Positions 9,800 through 19,429 of a DNA stretch of 28,431 bases are shown one piece after another. Source of the DNA: Nitrospinaceae bacterium (GTDB lineage: Bacteria; Nitrospinota; Nitrospinia; Nitrospinales; VA-1); contig JBHHVU010000041.1 in the NCBI GenBank assembly GCA_046754465.1, positions 1 to 28,431 of the forward strand, given 5' to 3'. The notes under the pieces were generated by a model. That model ran no database searches and had not been told where the DNA came from. It saw nothing but the letters and a program-made list of their open reading frames with translations. A program made the translations under genes and the position numbers. The number at the start of each line of letters is the position of its first letter. Positions within the stretch are counted from its first letter, which is position 1.

Positions 9800-10717
9800 A
9801 TGGGAATAAAACCAAAAATACTTGTTCTTGGCAATAGAGGTTTTCTGGGGGCAACTATTTTTGAGCATCTAAAGAATCAAAATGATTTGGAAGTTTTAGG
9901 ACTTAATTCTTCCACATTGGATTTGACCTCTCCTGATAGTTATCATCAAATTGGGAAAGTGGTTGATAAAGACACCGTAATTATTTTCGCGATCCGAGCC
10001 TCGAAAAGACAAGATTCTCTGAAGGCTTTTGAGCAAGATATAGCCATAACTGGCAATGTTGTTCGCTTCTTGGAAAAATACCCAATAAAGAAGCTCTTGT
10101 ATTTCAGTTCCATATCAGTTTATGGAGAAGCTGTAACCGACCTGTGCATTACTGAAGAAACAAAAATTGCCCCATTGTCCCACTATGGGATCGCCAAGGT
10201 CACCGCTGAAGCTCTTTTACGCGCAGCGACTCAAGAAAAAGGAACCCCTTTTATAGTGCTCCGCCCATGCATGATTTATGGGCCCGGCAACCAGCAGCCC
10301 CCATATGGACCCGATCGGTTAATACATTCTTTGGTTCAAAAAGGCCGGGTAGAATTATTTGGGGATGGGTCTGAGCTACGGGATTTTCTATTCGTGAAAG
10401 ATTTGGCTCAGATTACAGAAAAGTTTATTGTTAAGGATGTCAGTGGCATCTACAACTTGGGGACAGGGAAAAACTACTCTTTAATGAATATAGTTGAAGG
10501 TCTTCGAGCTTTAACACAAAAAGAATTTCCCGTAATCAAATTGAAGAGAGTGAAACCAAAAATCAATCAAAGGCTGGATATTTCAAAATTAATGAAAATT
10601 ATACCGGATTATTCCTTTACCTCTTTAGAAAAAGGGTTAAAGCAATCTTATGATTCGTTTCAAAATATAAATGCTCAAAAAAATATGGGCACGGTAAGTT
10701 CGGAAATTTCTCTATAA
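9800..10717 (+). CDS. NAD-dependent epimerase/reductase (extended SDR)
   Basis: LGNRGFLG, SSISVYG, YGIAK, IYGPG, RDFLFVKD. Confidence 0.85.
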   Translation: MGIKPKILVLGNRGFLGATIFEHLKNQNDLEVLGLNSSTLDLTSPDSYHQIGKVVDKDTVIIFAIRASKRQDSLKAFEQDIAITGNVVRFLEKYPIKKLLYFSSISVYGEAVTDLCITEETKIAPLSHYGIAKVTAEALLRAATQEKGTPFIVLRPCMIYGPGNQQPPYGPDRLIHSLVQKGRVELFGDGSELRDFLFVKDLAQITEKFIVKDVSGIYNLGTGKNYSLMNIVEGLRALTQKEFPVIKLKRVKPKINQRLDISKLMKIIPDYSFTSLEKGLKQSYDSFQNINAQKNMGTVSSEISL

Positions 10718-10720
10718 ATC

Positions 10721-12553
10721 ATGACTGACAAGGCTTCTTTGGAATTAAAAAATAATTCGCGCTCTACAAAGCTTCCTGATTCCGGGAACGGGGTGGCTAG
10801 CCAGACAGCCAAGAATTATTTCCAATTGCTGAACGGTTGGAAACCCGTCAGGGAGTTGATCCTGGTAGCTCCAATGCAAGTCCCCGAGTCTGTTTTCGAC
10901 ATTTCCGTTGCCCAAAAAGCTGGCTATTTTAATTATCCACCTGTGGGTCTTTTATATATTGCATCCGTGGCTAAACAGACCGATTCCACCATCAAGATTC
11001 AATTGATCGATTTGAATTTTGAGATGCTTCAAAATGCGAATGCCGATCAGTTCTCTTATGATTTTTGGAAGAGCCGAATCTCACAAGCCATTCAAGATTC
11101 CCAGGCTCCTTGTGTAGGAATCTCTTGCATGTTCGATGTGAACAAGGAAACTTTTATTCAAATGTCCCAATTTATAGAAAAAGAGTTTCCTGATGTTCCT
11201 CTTTTGGCCGGAGGCGTCCAGGCTACCTACGATTATGAAGAATTATTAGGCAAATATGGGTTTGATCTGATTTTTCGTAAAGAGAGCGAGTTGCAATTCT
11301 CTACTTTTATTAAAAATCTTAATAAAGGCGACCGGTCAACCAAGCCGCAAGGGACAGCATTTTTCTATAATGGAAAGGTTCATACTATCGGAGAACCCGA
11401 CCAAGAAAACCCCGTCGAATTTGACATTCGTGATGCCTATTCACTTATCCCAATTGAGAAATACCATGAATATGGTGGCTTAGCTGTTTTTTCACGGTAC
11501 AACGGTAAAGAAAAACCTTTTGCCACAGTACTAAGCAACCGTGGATGCCGAGCTTACTGCACCTTTTGCACCGTACGGGATTTCAATGGTAAAGGCATCC
11601 GTGCCAAGTCGGTTGAGAGTGTAATTGACGAACTTAAATTTCTTCGGGAAAAAGGAATTCAGCAAATTGATTGGCTGGATGACGACTTTTTATGGGATCG
11701 GGAACGAACTATCCGCCTCTTAAAAAGAATGACGGAGGAAGTTCCAGATTTGGAGTGGATCAGTAATAATGGGCTTATTGCCGCCGCCATCAACGAGGAA
11801 ATCATGGATTGGATGGTACGCTCAGGCATGAAGGCCATGAAAGTTGGAATTGAATCGGGAAACGACGCCATGCTTAAAAAGATCATGAAGCCTACCAGCA
11901 AGAAAAAATTATTAATGGCTTCTGAGCTTTTCAAGAAATATCCTCAAGTTTTTTATAGCGGAAACTTTATTCTTGGTTTTCCCAACGAAACCTTTGGGGA
12001 AATGATGGATTCCTATAATTTTGCTCGGAAATTGGATTGGGATTGGGCCAGCTTTTACATTTGCCAACCTTTAGTGGGCACTGCAATGTATTCAATTTTC
12101 CAGGATTTAGGCAAGGACGAGGATATCAACAAAGCCCTTAATCCGGGGCGTTTAGCCCAACGTGGCGAAATGGGCATTAAATTCAATGATGATCCCGGCC
12201 AAATACTCCGCGGCAGAGAGATATTCAATCTTCCACCTGACACGATTCCCAATCGGGACCAATTAAATGAAATTTGGTTTACCTTCAACTTTTTAGTAAA
12301 TTTCCTGGACAACCCCAATTATCGAAACGGCATCAACGCGGAGAAACTTATAAGATGGTACGAATCGATTTTTGCTGGCTATCCGCATGATGCATCAATG
12401 GCTGCCGCCCTATCGCACGGATACCGCCTAACAGGTCTGACGCGCTTGGCAAAGACATATCAAAAAAAGGTTGAGGACATTTTGTCTGAATCTGTCTATT
12501 GGCGCACCAGGGTAAAAGAGTTTCCAGAGATTCTGGAGATGGCGGGCCTATAA
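10721..12553 (+). CDS. B12-binding-domain radical SAM protein
   Basis: YPPVGLLYIAS, AGGVQAT (cobalamin domain), NRGCRAYCTFC (CxxxCxxC), GIESG, FILGFPNET. Confidence 0.9.
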   Translation: MTDKASLELKNNSRSTKLPDSGNGVASQTAKNYFQLLNGWKPVRELILVAPMQVPESVFDISVAQKAGYFNYPPVGLLYIASVAKQTDSTIKIQLIDLNFEMLQNANADQFSYDFWKSRISQAIQDSQAPCVGISCMFDVNKETFIQMSQFIEKEFPDVPLLAGGVQATYDYEELLGKYGFDLIFRKESELQFSTFIKNLNKGDRSTKPQGTAFFYNGKVHTIGEPDQENPVEFDIRDAYSLIPIEKYHEYGGLAVFSRYNGKEKPFATVLSNRGCRAYCTFCTVRDFNGKGIRAKSVESVIDELKFLREKGIQQIDWLDDDFLWDRERTIRLLKRMTEEVPDLEWISNNGLIAAAINEEIMDWMVRSGMKAMKVGIESGNDAMLKKIMKPTSKKKLLMASELFKKYPQVFYSGNFILGFPNETFGEMMDSYNFARKLDWDWASFYICQPLVGTAMYSIFQDLGKDEDINKALNPGRLAQRGEMGIKFNDDPGQILRGREIFNLPPDTIPNRDQLNEIWFTFNFLVNFLDNPNYRNGINAEKLIRWYESIFAGYPHDASMAAALSHGYRLTGLTRLAKTYQKKVEDILSESVYWRTRVKEFPEILEMAGL

Positions 12554-12585
12554 TCAACCAACAACTTTTATCTGAGGAATATGAA

Positions 12586-13248
12586 ATGGGGGAGCTTTTT
12601 AACCTTACGGATGCGAAGATCAAACTCTACGATGGCCCACCAAGAAATATGGACCCTACATTTGGATTTGATTACTTTGATAACAACCGGGATACGGGGT
12701 ATGGGGGATACCATTATGACGGGCGCTGGAAACCTGTTGCCAGGAAAATCGTGGAAAGATACAAATTAAAATCCGGCGATCGTATTCTCGATTTAGGTTG
12801 TGGAAAAGGCTTCCTATTGGCAGACATCATGGAGGAATGTCCAGGTCTGGAAGCAAAAGGTATTGAAATATCTGAATACGCAATTGAGAATGCTCATCCC
12901 TCCGCTAAGCCTTTCATCAACCATGGGAGTGTTGAGAAATTACCTTATCCGGATGACTTTTTTGATGCCGTTTTGGGAATCAACGTATTCCATTTCCTTT
13001 CCCCTGAACAAATTGAGATCGCCTTCAAGGAAATGTTGCGCGTTGGAAAAGGGCGGAAAAATTTTTTCGTCCACGTGGATGCTTATACCAATGGCGTGGA
13101 GCGCGAGCGTCTCCTGGCTTGGGCACCTATCATAAAAACCGTGTATTCTTGTGATGACTGGTTCAACCTGTTCCAAAAGGTAGGATACGAAGGTGACTAC
13201 TATTGGACCTTTGTACGCCCTGAAACACCTGAAAAATTTCCCCTTTAA
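12586..13248 (+). CDS. Class I SAM-dependent methyltransferase
   Basis: ILDLGCGKGFL, LPYPDDFFD, GYGGYHYDGRW; ATG at 12586 after GAGG. Confidence 0.85.
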   Translation: MGELFNLTDAKIKLYDGPPRNMDPTFGFDYFDNNRDTGYGGYHYDGRWKPVARKIVERYKLKSGDRILDLGCGKGFLLADIMEECPGLEAKGIEISEYAIENAHPSAKPFINHGSVEKLPYPDDFFDAVLGINVFHFLSPEQIEIAFKEMLRVGKGRKNFFVHVDAYTNGVERERLLAWAPIIKTVYSCDDWFNLFQKVGYEGDYYWTFVRPETPEKFPL

Positions 13249-13280
13249 TTCAGGGGAGCTTACCCAATAAAAACGTACCC

Positions 13281-14318
13281 ATGAAAGCCGCTGTATTGTA
13301 TCAAACCGGACATCCGCTAATTGTCGAGGAAGACATACAAATTCCAGGACTTCAATCAGGGCAAGTTCTTGTTAAAGTCGCATACAGCGGAGTGTGCCGA
13401 AGCCAGTTGATGGAGGTCAGGGGGCAACGAGGTAACGATCACTATCTACCGCATTTGTTGGGCCATGAAGCCTCAGGTGTAGTGATGGATATTGGAAATG
13501 GTGTCTCTAAAGTCCAAAAAGAAGATAGGGTAGTCCTAACCTGGATAAAGGGTGTTGGGGCAGAATGCGTGGGGGCCAAATATCAAAAAGGAAATACAAC
13601 GATTAATTCTGGTTCTGTAACGACTTTTAGCAACTTTACCATTGTATCTGAAAATCGTTGTGTCAAATTGCCTGAAGGAGTACCCATGGATCTTGCCCCA
13701 CTGTTAGGTTGCGCCGTACCAACTGGAGCAGGAATTGTGCTGAACACCATTCGCCCTGATCCCGGAAACACTTTGGCTGTTTTTGGGCTTGGAGGAATCG
13801 GTCTAAGCGCAATAATGGCTGCCAAAGCCCTCGAATGTTCTACTATCATTGGTGTTGATATTGAAGATCGAAAACTGAAAACAGCGAAAGAGCTTGGCGC
13901 CACCCACCTTATCGAAAATAGTGACAAATCGGCCACTGAAAAGATTCTCCAGATCACCGAAGGAAAGGGAGTAGATTATTCCATAGAGGCTGCTGGGCGC
14001 GCAAAGGTTGCCGAAACTGCCTTTCAGTCGGTTAAAGACGATGGTGGTGTGTGCATCATTGCCGGTCATCCAGCAAAAGGCGAAACAATGAGGCTCGACC
14101 CCTTTGATCTGATTAAAGGAAAAAGGATCCAGGGCTCCTGGGGAGGGAATTGCAGACCTGACCGGGATATTCCTTTGCTAGCCAAGTTATTCCGGGAAGG
14201 CAAACTGCCTTTGGAGAAAATGATTTCCCATCGTTTTAATTTGGAAAATATCAACCAGGCCCTTGACAGCCTGGAAAATGGCGATGTGACACGCGTCCTC
14301 ATAGAGATGGGCCGCTGA
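13281..14318 (+). CDS. Zinc-binding (MDR) dehydrogenase
   Basis: GVCRSQ, LGHE, LGCAVPTG, GLGGIG; no four-Cys structural Zn loop. Confidence 0.85.
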   Translation: MKAAVLYQTGHPLIVEEDIQIPGLQSGQVLVKVAYSGVCRSQLMEVRGQRGNDHYLPHLLGHEASGVVMDIGNGVSKVQKEDRVVLTWIKGVGAECVGAKYQKGNTTINSGSVTTFSNFTIVSENRCVKLPEGVPMDLAPLLGCAVPTGAGIVLNTIRPDPGNTLAVFGLGGIGLSAIMAAKALECSTIIGVDIEDRKLKTAKELGATHLIENSDKSATEKILQITEGKGVDYSIEAAGRAKVAETAFQSVKDDGGVCIIAGHPAKGETMRLDPFDLIKGKRIQGSWGGNCRPDRDIPLLAKLFREGKLPLEKMISHRFNLENINQALDSLENGDVTRVLIEMGR

Positions 14319-14346
14319 ATTTTCCCACACAGATTAACTGGCATCA

Positions 14347-15057
14347 TCACTCCTTATCCGTTATCCATTCCTGCTTCAACCCCACTCCAATGGACCAGAT
14401 ATAATGACACATGGGTGCGTAACCCGTATGCAACACCTCATCATTCATTCCAAACATGAAAACATTTTTGAAGTAGCGTTCCGTCAATTCCCGCAGAGTT
14501 TTCATGCTTTTTAAATTGATATGCAGGACCTCGCTCCTGGGGGAAGCGTACTGGGAAGCGGTGATGTTGGGTGTTCCGGTAATCAGCACCCCATCGGGAC
14601 CCAGGCATCGGAGGATGCCTTCCATAAAAGAAGATTCGTTTTCCGGATCCAGATGTTCGATGACGTCGATACTGAATGCTGCATCCACCTTCAACTCCAG
14701 GGATTCCTTATTCAAATCGCAGACACGATGCTCGATATTGGTGAGTGCGGCCAACCGGCGCATGTTCCCCTCGATCAACCTCTTGTCCCAATCGACGGCG
14801 TAAACTTTCCCGACGGACTGGGCAACAATGGGTAAACCAAAGCCATCGCCGGGGCCAACCTCCATCACCGTATTTTTTCCCTCCAGCATTTTCGCACAAA
14901 ATTTGTACCTTGCCAGCACAAACGCCATGTGCTTTGGATCATGGATCAAGCTATAGGAGGTCCAGGGCCCCAAAAGCAATTCCCCGGTGTCAAATTGATA
15001 GTCCGTTCCCTCCGAATACAGCTCCCTGGCAGATTTTTTTCTATCCTTCGCGTCCAT
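14347..15057 (-). CDS. Class I SAM-dependent methyltransferase
   Basis: ARYKF, MEVGPGDGFG, DVIEH, GTPN; convergent with the sugar cluster. Confidence 0.8.
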   Translation of the reverse strand: MDAKDRKKSARELYSEGTDYQFDTGELLLGPWTSYSLIHDPKHMAFVLARYKFCAKMLEGKNTVMEVGPGDGFGLPIVAQSVGKVYAVDWDKRLIEGNMRRLAALTNIEHRVCDLNKESLELKVDAAFSIDVIEHLDPENESSFMEGILRCLGPDGVLITGTPNITASQYASPRSEVLHINLKSMKTLRELTERYFKNVFMFGMNDEVLHTGYAPMCHYIWSIGVGLKQEWITDKE

Positions 15058-15326
15058 GAATGATCACCTTTAAACAAAATATTTCATATATCCGGGGACA
15101 TTATGTTTCCACATTTCCGCTGCGCCGCAGCCCAATCTATAAACTCACGGCTCCGCAAAGAATCAAAACCCAATTATCCCGGAAAAAATTTTGGGGTCAA
15201 TCCCAAATACCTCCCTGCTTGTGAGGGTTCAAGAAGATGAAGGGACTGGTATTTCTCAGGCAGGAAAAAATAAGGGAGCAACCGGGAAAATTGATCCGTG
15301 TCCCTCTGGAGAATCCGGGAAGAAAA

Positions 15327-15403
15327 TGGCGGGGCCGACGAGACTCGAACTCGCGACCTCTGGCGTGACAGGCCAGCGTTCTAACCAACTGAACTACGAC
15401 CCC
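15327..15403 (-). tRNA. tRNA-Asp (GTC)
   Basis: GGGGTCGTAGTTCAGTTGGTTAGAACG...CT-GTC-AC...GTTCGAGT...CGGCCCCGCCA; cloverleaf with encoded CCA, 77 nt. Confidence 0.97.
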
Positions 15404-15528
15404 GCGATAGTTTGACGATGGAATGTGCTAAATAATTCTCAGCTTGTTTTGTCTATACTATATAGGGAAGCGAAAGCAAATTCAATTTTCCTTTTCACCC
15501 TCCGCCCGGGTTCTCTCGGCTTGCGGGA

Positions 15529-15604
15529 TGGTAGGCGGAACAGGGCTCGAACCTGTGACCCCCGGCTTGTAAGGCCGGTGCTCTCCCAGCTGAGCTATCC
15601 GCCC
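15529..15604 (-). tRNA. tRNA-Val (TAC)
   Basis: GGGCGGATAGCTCAGCTGGGAGAGC...CT-TAC-AA...GGTTCGAGCC...TCCGCCTACCA, 76 nt. Confidence 0.97.
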
Positions 15605-15665
15605 TCTGGCTTCTTTCGCTCCATTTTTCCGCCGTCCTTTCGATAAAGACAGCAAGAGGGTGTGG

Positions 15666-15694
15666 AGTATATAAACGGGTGTTTTTTCTGTCAA
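15666..15694 (-). promoter_or_regulatory. sigma70 promoter for tRNA-Val/tRNA-Asp
   Basis: Minus strand TTGACA-17 bp-TATACT. Confidence 0.8.
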
Positions 15695-15730
15695 GGGATT
15701 TCATCTTCCCGCCGAAAGAACCAAAAAGGG

Positions 15731-15830
15731 GGCCGAGAACCTCGGCGGCTAGTATTGTCATACCTGATATGGCGGAACAAGGTAGACTGGCGATGATGCC
15801 TTGACCCATCTCCCTCCGGCGTGGCCCGGG
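15731..15830 (+). repeat. ~100-bp structured intergenic repeat, copy A
   Basis: GCCGAG-aac-CTCGGC hairpin; 26 nt (15785-15810) identical to 18524-18549. Confidence 0.9.
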
Positions 15831-15845
15831 GGGGTGGATAAATGA

Positions 15846-15874
15846 TTGACACTTAATTTCCATGGTTTTAATAT
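15846..15874 (+). promoter_or_regulatory. Putative sigma70 promoter for the PilZ gene
   Basis: TTGACA-17 bp-TAATAT. Confidence 0.55.
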
Positions 15875-15964
15875 GATACGGGATATGGGTTCGGATCCCA
15901 TGCGCCGCATCAATTCCTTAATTCCTTTTGCGTGGGTGGTCACGCGCCCTTCCGCGATCGATCG

Positions 15965-16414
15965 ATGACACAAAAAATCCCGGCCCTCCTGGAATCCCTG
16001 CCGGTGGAAGACCTTTTAAAAATCAGGGAACGTCTGGACCGCATCATCAAGAACAAATTTGCCGGCAAACTGGGGAGAAGGCGCAGTCACCGGGCCAGGG
16101 TGAAAGTGGCGGCCACGGCCCATATCGAACGTGAGAAGGAATTTTTTTTCAAAACGCATCCTGTCACCATCCATGAATTATCCACCGGCGGACTTTCTTT
16201 TACCACCCCGGCCCCGGTGATCGGCAACGATATTCTTTCGGTCAGTTTCCGTTCCCCAACCAGCGGAGAAAAAAAGAACATCGACTGTCAGGCGCTTCGG
16301 GTGAAAGAGTATCGTGTGAATTCGGGTTACGAATACGAGGTCGCCGCAAAGGCGGTGGACCGGGAGGTGGTTCGGGCCTACCGGGACATGCTGAAAAACA
16401 GGGGCCGATTTTAA
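15965..16414 (+). CDS. PilZ-domain protein (putative c-di-GMP receptor)
   Basis: RRSHR (RxxxR) and ELSTGG (D/NxSxGG-like) motifs. Confidence 0.7.
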   Translation: MTQKIPALLESLPVEDLLKIRERLDRIIKNKFAGKLGRRRSHRARVKVAATAHIEREKEFFFKTHPVTIHELSTGGLSFTTPAPVIGNDILSVSFRSPTSGEKKNIDCQALRVKEYRVNSGYEYEVAAKAVDREVVRAYRDMLKNRGRF

Positions 16415-16598
16415 ATTTCGATTCCATCAATTTTTCGTCCCACCCAGCCTCCTGATTCAATTTTCTCCAGGGTCCCGCAAACCCCGGAAGCGGAAGAGGC
16501 GGGGCCTCCCCGGGCTTTATTGAATCATGGGGAAGGTCAAACGGCCACTCCGGAAGCGGGCGGCGGCCGGGAACCTTGCAACGATTGAAAACGATTTC

Positions 16599-17633
16599 AT
16601 GATACCCAGAATATTCAACAATCTCATGGGCTGGTTTTCCGCCGACTTGGCGATGGACCTGGGAACGGCCAATACGCTGATTTACGCGAAGGACCGGGGC
16701 ATCGTGCTCGATGAACCCTCCGTGGTCGCCGTCAATACCAATGGAGATGGCGTGGAGGCCGTGGGCCTGGAAGCTAAAAGAATGTTTGGACGGACCCACT
16801 CGCGGGTGGAAACCATCCGGCCCATGAAAGACGGGGTGATCGCGGATTTCGACATCACCAACACGATGATCAACTACTTTATCAAGAAGGTCTTGAAAAA
16901 TCACCGTTTCCTCAAACCGAGGATGGTCGTGGGCATTCCCACTTGCATCACCCAGGTGGAAAAGAAAGCGGTGGTCGACGCTTCCCTCATGGCGGGGATC
17001 CGGGAAGTGCACCTGGTGGAAGAACCGATGGCCGCCGCCATTGGCGTGGGGATCCCTGTCCACAAACCCGAAGGCAACATGGTGATCGATATCGGGGGCG
17101 GGACGACGGATGTGGCCGTGGTCTCCCTTTCGGCCATCGCCTACGGGGAATCGATTCGTCTGGCGGGGGATGAGTTCGATGAGGCCATCGTCCGTTACAT
17201 GAGAATCAACCATCATCTCAATATCGGGGTGTTCGAGGGCGAACGCACGAAAATAAATGTCGGCAGCGCCTATCCCCTCGTGGAAACATTGACCACCGAG
17301 GTCAAGGGACTGAATGTAAGAACCGGGGTGCCGACCTCGATCATCGTGGACGATGAGCAGATCCGCGAGGCCATCAAGGAACCGTTGGCCACGATCATCT
17401 CCGTGGTTCTCCGCGCCTTGGAAAAGGTGCCGCCGGAACTCTCGGCGGACATCCATTCCAACGGAATCTACCTCACCGGCGGGGGGGCCCTGATCCGCGG
17501 CCTGGACAAGCTGGTCGAGGAAAAAACCACGCTCAGGGTCTTCATCCCCGACGAACCCTTACTCAGCATTTGCAAGGGGGCTGGCGCCATCCTGGACGAT
17601 TTCGGGGAAATGCAAAAAGTGTGTATCAATTGA
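16599..17633 (+). CDS. mreB: Rod shape-determining protein MreB (actin-like)
   Basis: DLGTANT, IRPMKDGVIADF, EEPMAAAIG, DIGGGTT, LTGGGAL; N-terminal amphipathic helix; ATG 16599 preferred. Confidence 0.95.
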   Translation: MIPRIFNNLMGWFSADLAMDLGTANTLIYAKDRGIVLDEPSVVAVNTNGDGVEAVGLEAKRMFGRTHSRVETIRPMKDGVIADFDITNTMINYFIKKVLKNHRFLKPRMVVGIPTCITQVEKKAVVDASLMAGIREVHLVEEPMAAAIGVGIPVHKPEGNMVIDIGGGTTDVAVVSLSAIAYGESIRLAGDEFDEAIVRYMRINHHLNIGVFEGERTKINVGSAYPLVETLTTEVKGLNVRTGVPTSIIVDDEQIREAIKEPLATIISVVLRALEKVPPELSADIHSNGIYLTGGGALIRGLDKLVEEKTTLRVFIPDEPLLSICKGAGAILDDFGEMQKVCIN

Positions 17634-17703
17634 ATCCGGGTTGCGGTAAAATACGCACCGCCGGTTTATCCCCATCGAATCCTGGAAAAACCCCTGGATC
17701 GCC

Positions 17704-18042
17704 ATGGCTCATCCAAAAACGAAAAGTGGTTTGTGCCTGGAATGTGGAATCGCCGTGGTAGACCTGCCCACCGCGGTGGATTTTGACGGACAGGAGATTT
17801 TCCTTTTTTATCCGGTGATCTGCAAAACATGTCTTTTGAACCTGTGTGACAGGTATTCCACCCTCTGTGGAAATTGTGGCGGAGCCATTCCGCCTTTTTC
17901 CCATGTCGGCGTTTTGAAGGCCGATGGGGGGAAGAAGCAGTTTGTTCACATGAATAGTCGATGTTCCACGGTGGGAAGCGCTTTTCACGGGTACTGGGGA
18001 AAAGGCCGATTACACCACTTTATTGAAATCGAAGCATGCTAG
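17704..18042 (+). CDS. Cys-rich (Zn-finger-like) hypothetical protein
   Basis: CLEC, CKTC, CGNC, HxxxxC; stop overlaps the next start. Confidence 0.65.
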   Translation: MAHPKTKSGLCLECGIAVVDLPTAVDFDGQEIFLFYPVICKTCLLNLCDRYSTLCGNCGGAIPPFSHVGVLKADGGKKQFVHMNSRCSTVGSAFHGYWGKGRLHHFIEIEAC

Positions 18043-18326
18043 AAGTTCAATTCGTCAAACAAAAGCGAACCCTGAAGGTCGAGCCGGGGGCCAATTTGCG
18101 GGAGGCGGCCATCCAGAACAAATTGAGTATTTACCCCCACATTTTCAAAATTCTCAACTGCAGGGGCCGGGGACTTTGCACGTCTTGCACCGTAGAAATC
18201 GTCTCAGGCAACGTCGCTCCCCGAAACGATATCGAAAACGAAAAGCTCAAGAAAAAGAACCCCAATTTCCGGCTCGCCTGTCAGGTGGCCGTCAGCGACA
18301 ACCTTGTGGTCCGAACCCACGTTTGA
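18036..18326 (+). CDS. 2Fe-2S ferredoxin-like protein
   Basis: NCRGRGLCTSC...RLACQ. Confidence 0.9.
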   Translation: MLEVQFVKQKRTLKVEPGANLREAAIQNKLSIYPHIFKILNCRGRGLCTSCTVEIVSGNVAPRNDIENEKLKKKNPNFRLACQVAVSDNLVVRTHV

Positions 18327-18451
18327 AGCGGGGTTCCCGATGCACCGCCGGGCTCTTCAGCCTAACCGTTCCGGTAAAATTTCCACCTTCCTCCCGCCAT
18401 GAGGCATCCGCTCCTTTCCCGGCCCTGGAAAAATGACAGGTTTCCCCGTGA

Positions 18452-18571
18452 GGCGTGGCCCGGCGGCGAACCGGCCGAGTACCTCGGCAGGTAATTTGAC
18501 ATGGGTTAGGACGGATGAAGGTTGACTGGCGATGATGCCTTGACCCATCCCCCTCCCCGGGGGCGGGCCGG
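18452..18571 (+). repeat. ~100-bp structured intergenic repeat, copy B
   Basis: 31 nt (18471-18501) is the exact reverse complement of 27451-27481; preceded by a remnant of the GTG-loop hairpin. Confidence 0.9.
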
Positions 18572-18620
18572 CAATTTAAAACATTTGACAATCCACCCTC
18601 AAAATCCCAAAATAGATGAA

Positions 18621-19088
18621 ATGTTCAGTTTCATCGAAACCCAGCTCGGCCAAGTGAAAAGTCACGCCTTGGAAGAGTATCCCTACGAATGTTGTGGGAT
18701 TATTACCGGTAAACCGGGGAGTTCAGAGGAGGATATTCTTCACCGTTGCAAAAATATCCAGAATAAACTCCATGCAATGGATCCGAAGACGTTTGTGCGG
18801 GATGCGCGGACGGCGTTTTACATCGATCCCATGGAGTTGATGGGTATATTGAAGGAAACCGAAAAAAAACAGCAGCAAATCAAGGCGTTCTATCACTCCC
18901 ATCCGGATCATGACGCCTATTTTTCGGAAGAGGATGAAAGAATGGCATTGTTCGATCGGGAACCCCTTTATCCGGGCGCCTGTTATCTTGTCGTTTCCGT
19001 CTACGATCGAAAAATAAAGGATTTGGCGCTGTTTGCCTGGAATTCCCAAAAAAAAGTCTTTGAAAAACAAAAAAATATAAACTTATAA
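18621..19088 (+). CDS. JAB/MPN (M67) metallopeptidase, CysO-cysteine peptidase (Mec)-like
   Basis: YPYECCG and YHSHPDHDAYFSEED (E...HxH-x7-S-x2-D JAMM motif). Confidence 0.85.
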   Translation: MFSFIETQLGQVKSHALEEYPYECCGIITGKPGSSEEDILHRCKNIQNKLHAMDPKTFVRDARTAFYIDPMELMGILKETEKKQQQIKAFYHSHPDHDAYFSEEDERMALFDREPLYPGACYLVVSVYDRKIKDLALFAWNSQKKVFEKQKNINL

Positions 19089-19117
19089 TAAGAAGAACTT
19101 GTTCGTTCAATAATTGA

Positions 19118-19384
<267 letters not shown>

Positions 19385-19429
19385 GGTCAGCCAGCCCGGG
19401 TTGGGATTTTATATTTAAGGAGTCCTGTT

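Noticed and set aside
15191..15863. Short ORFs in both directions
   Set aside because: They overlap the tRNA genes, their promoter and repeat copy A
16242..17456. 404-aa minus-strand ORF
   Set aside because: Antisense shadow of mreB with no recognisable motifs
16599..17633. MamK or plasmid-type actin
   Set aside because: Motifs are canonical MreB and there are no magnetosome or partition genes nearby
18522..18620. N-terminal extension of the JAB ORF (also those of the TlpA, E1-alpha, GmhA and mreB ORFs)
   Set aside because: The extensions run through repeat, promoter or upstream-gene sequence; downstream starts fit the family lengths better
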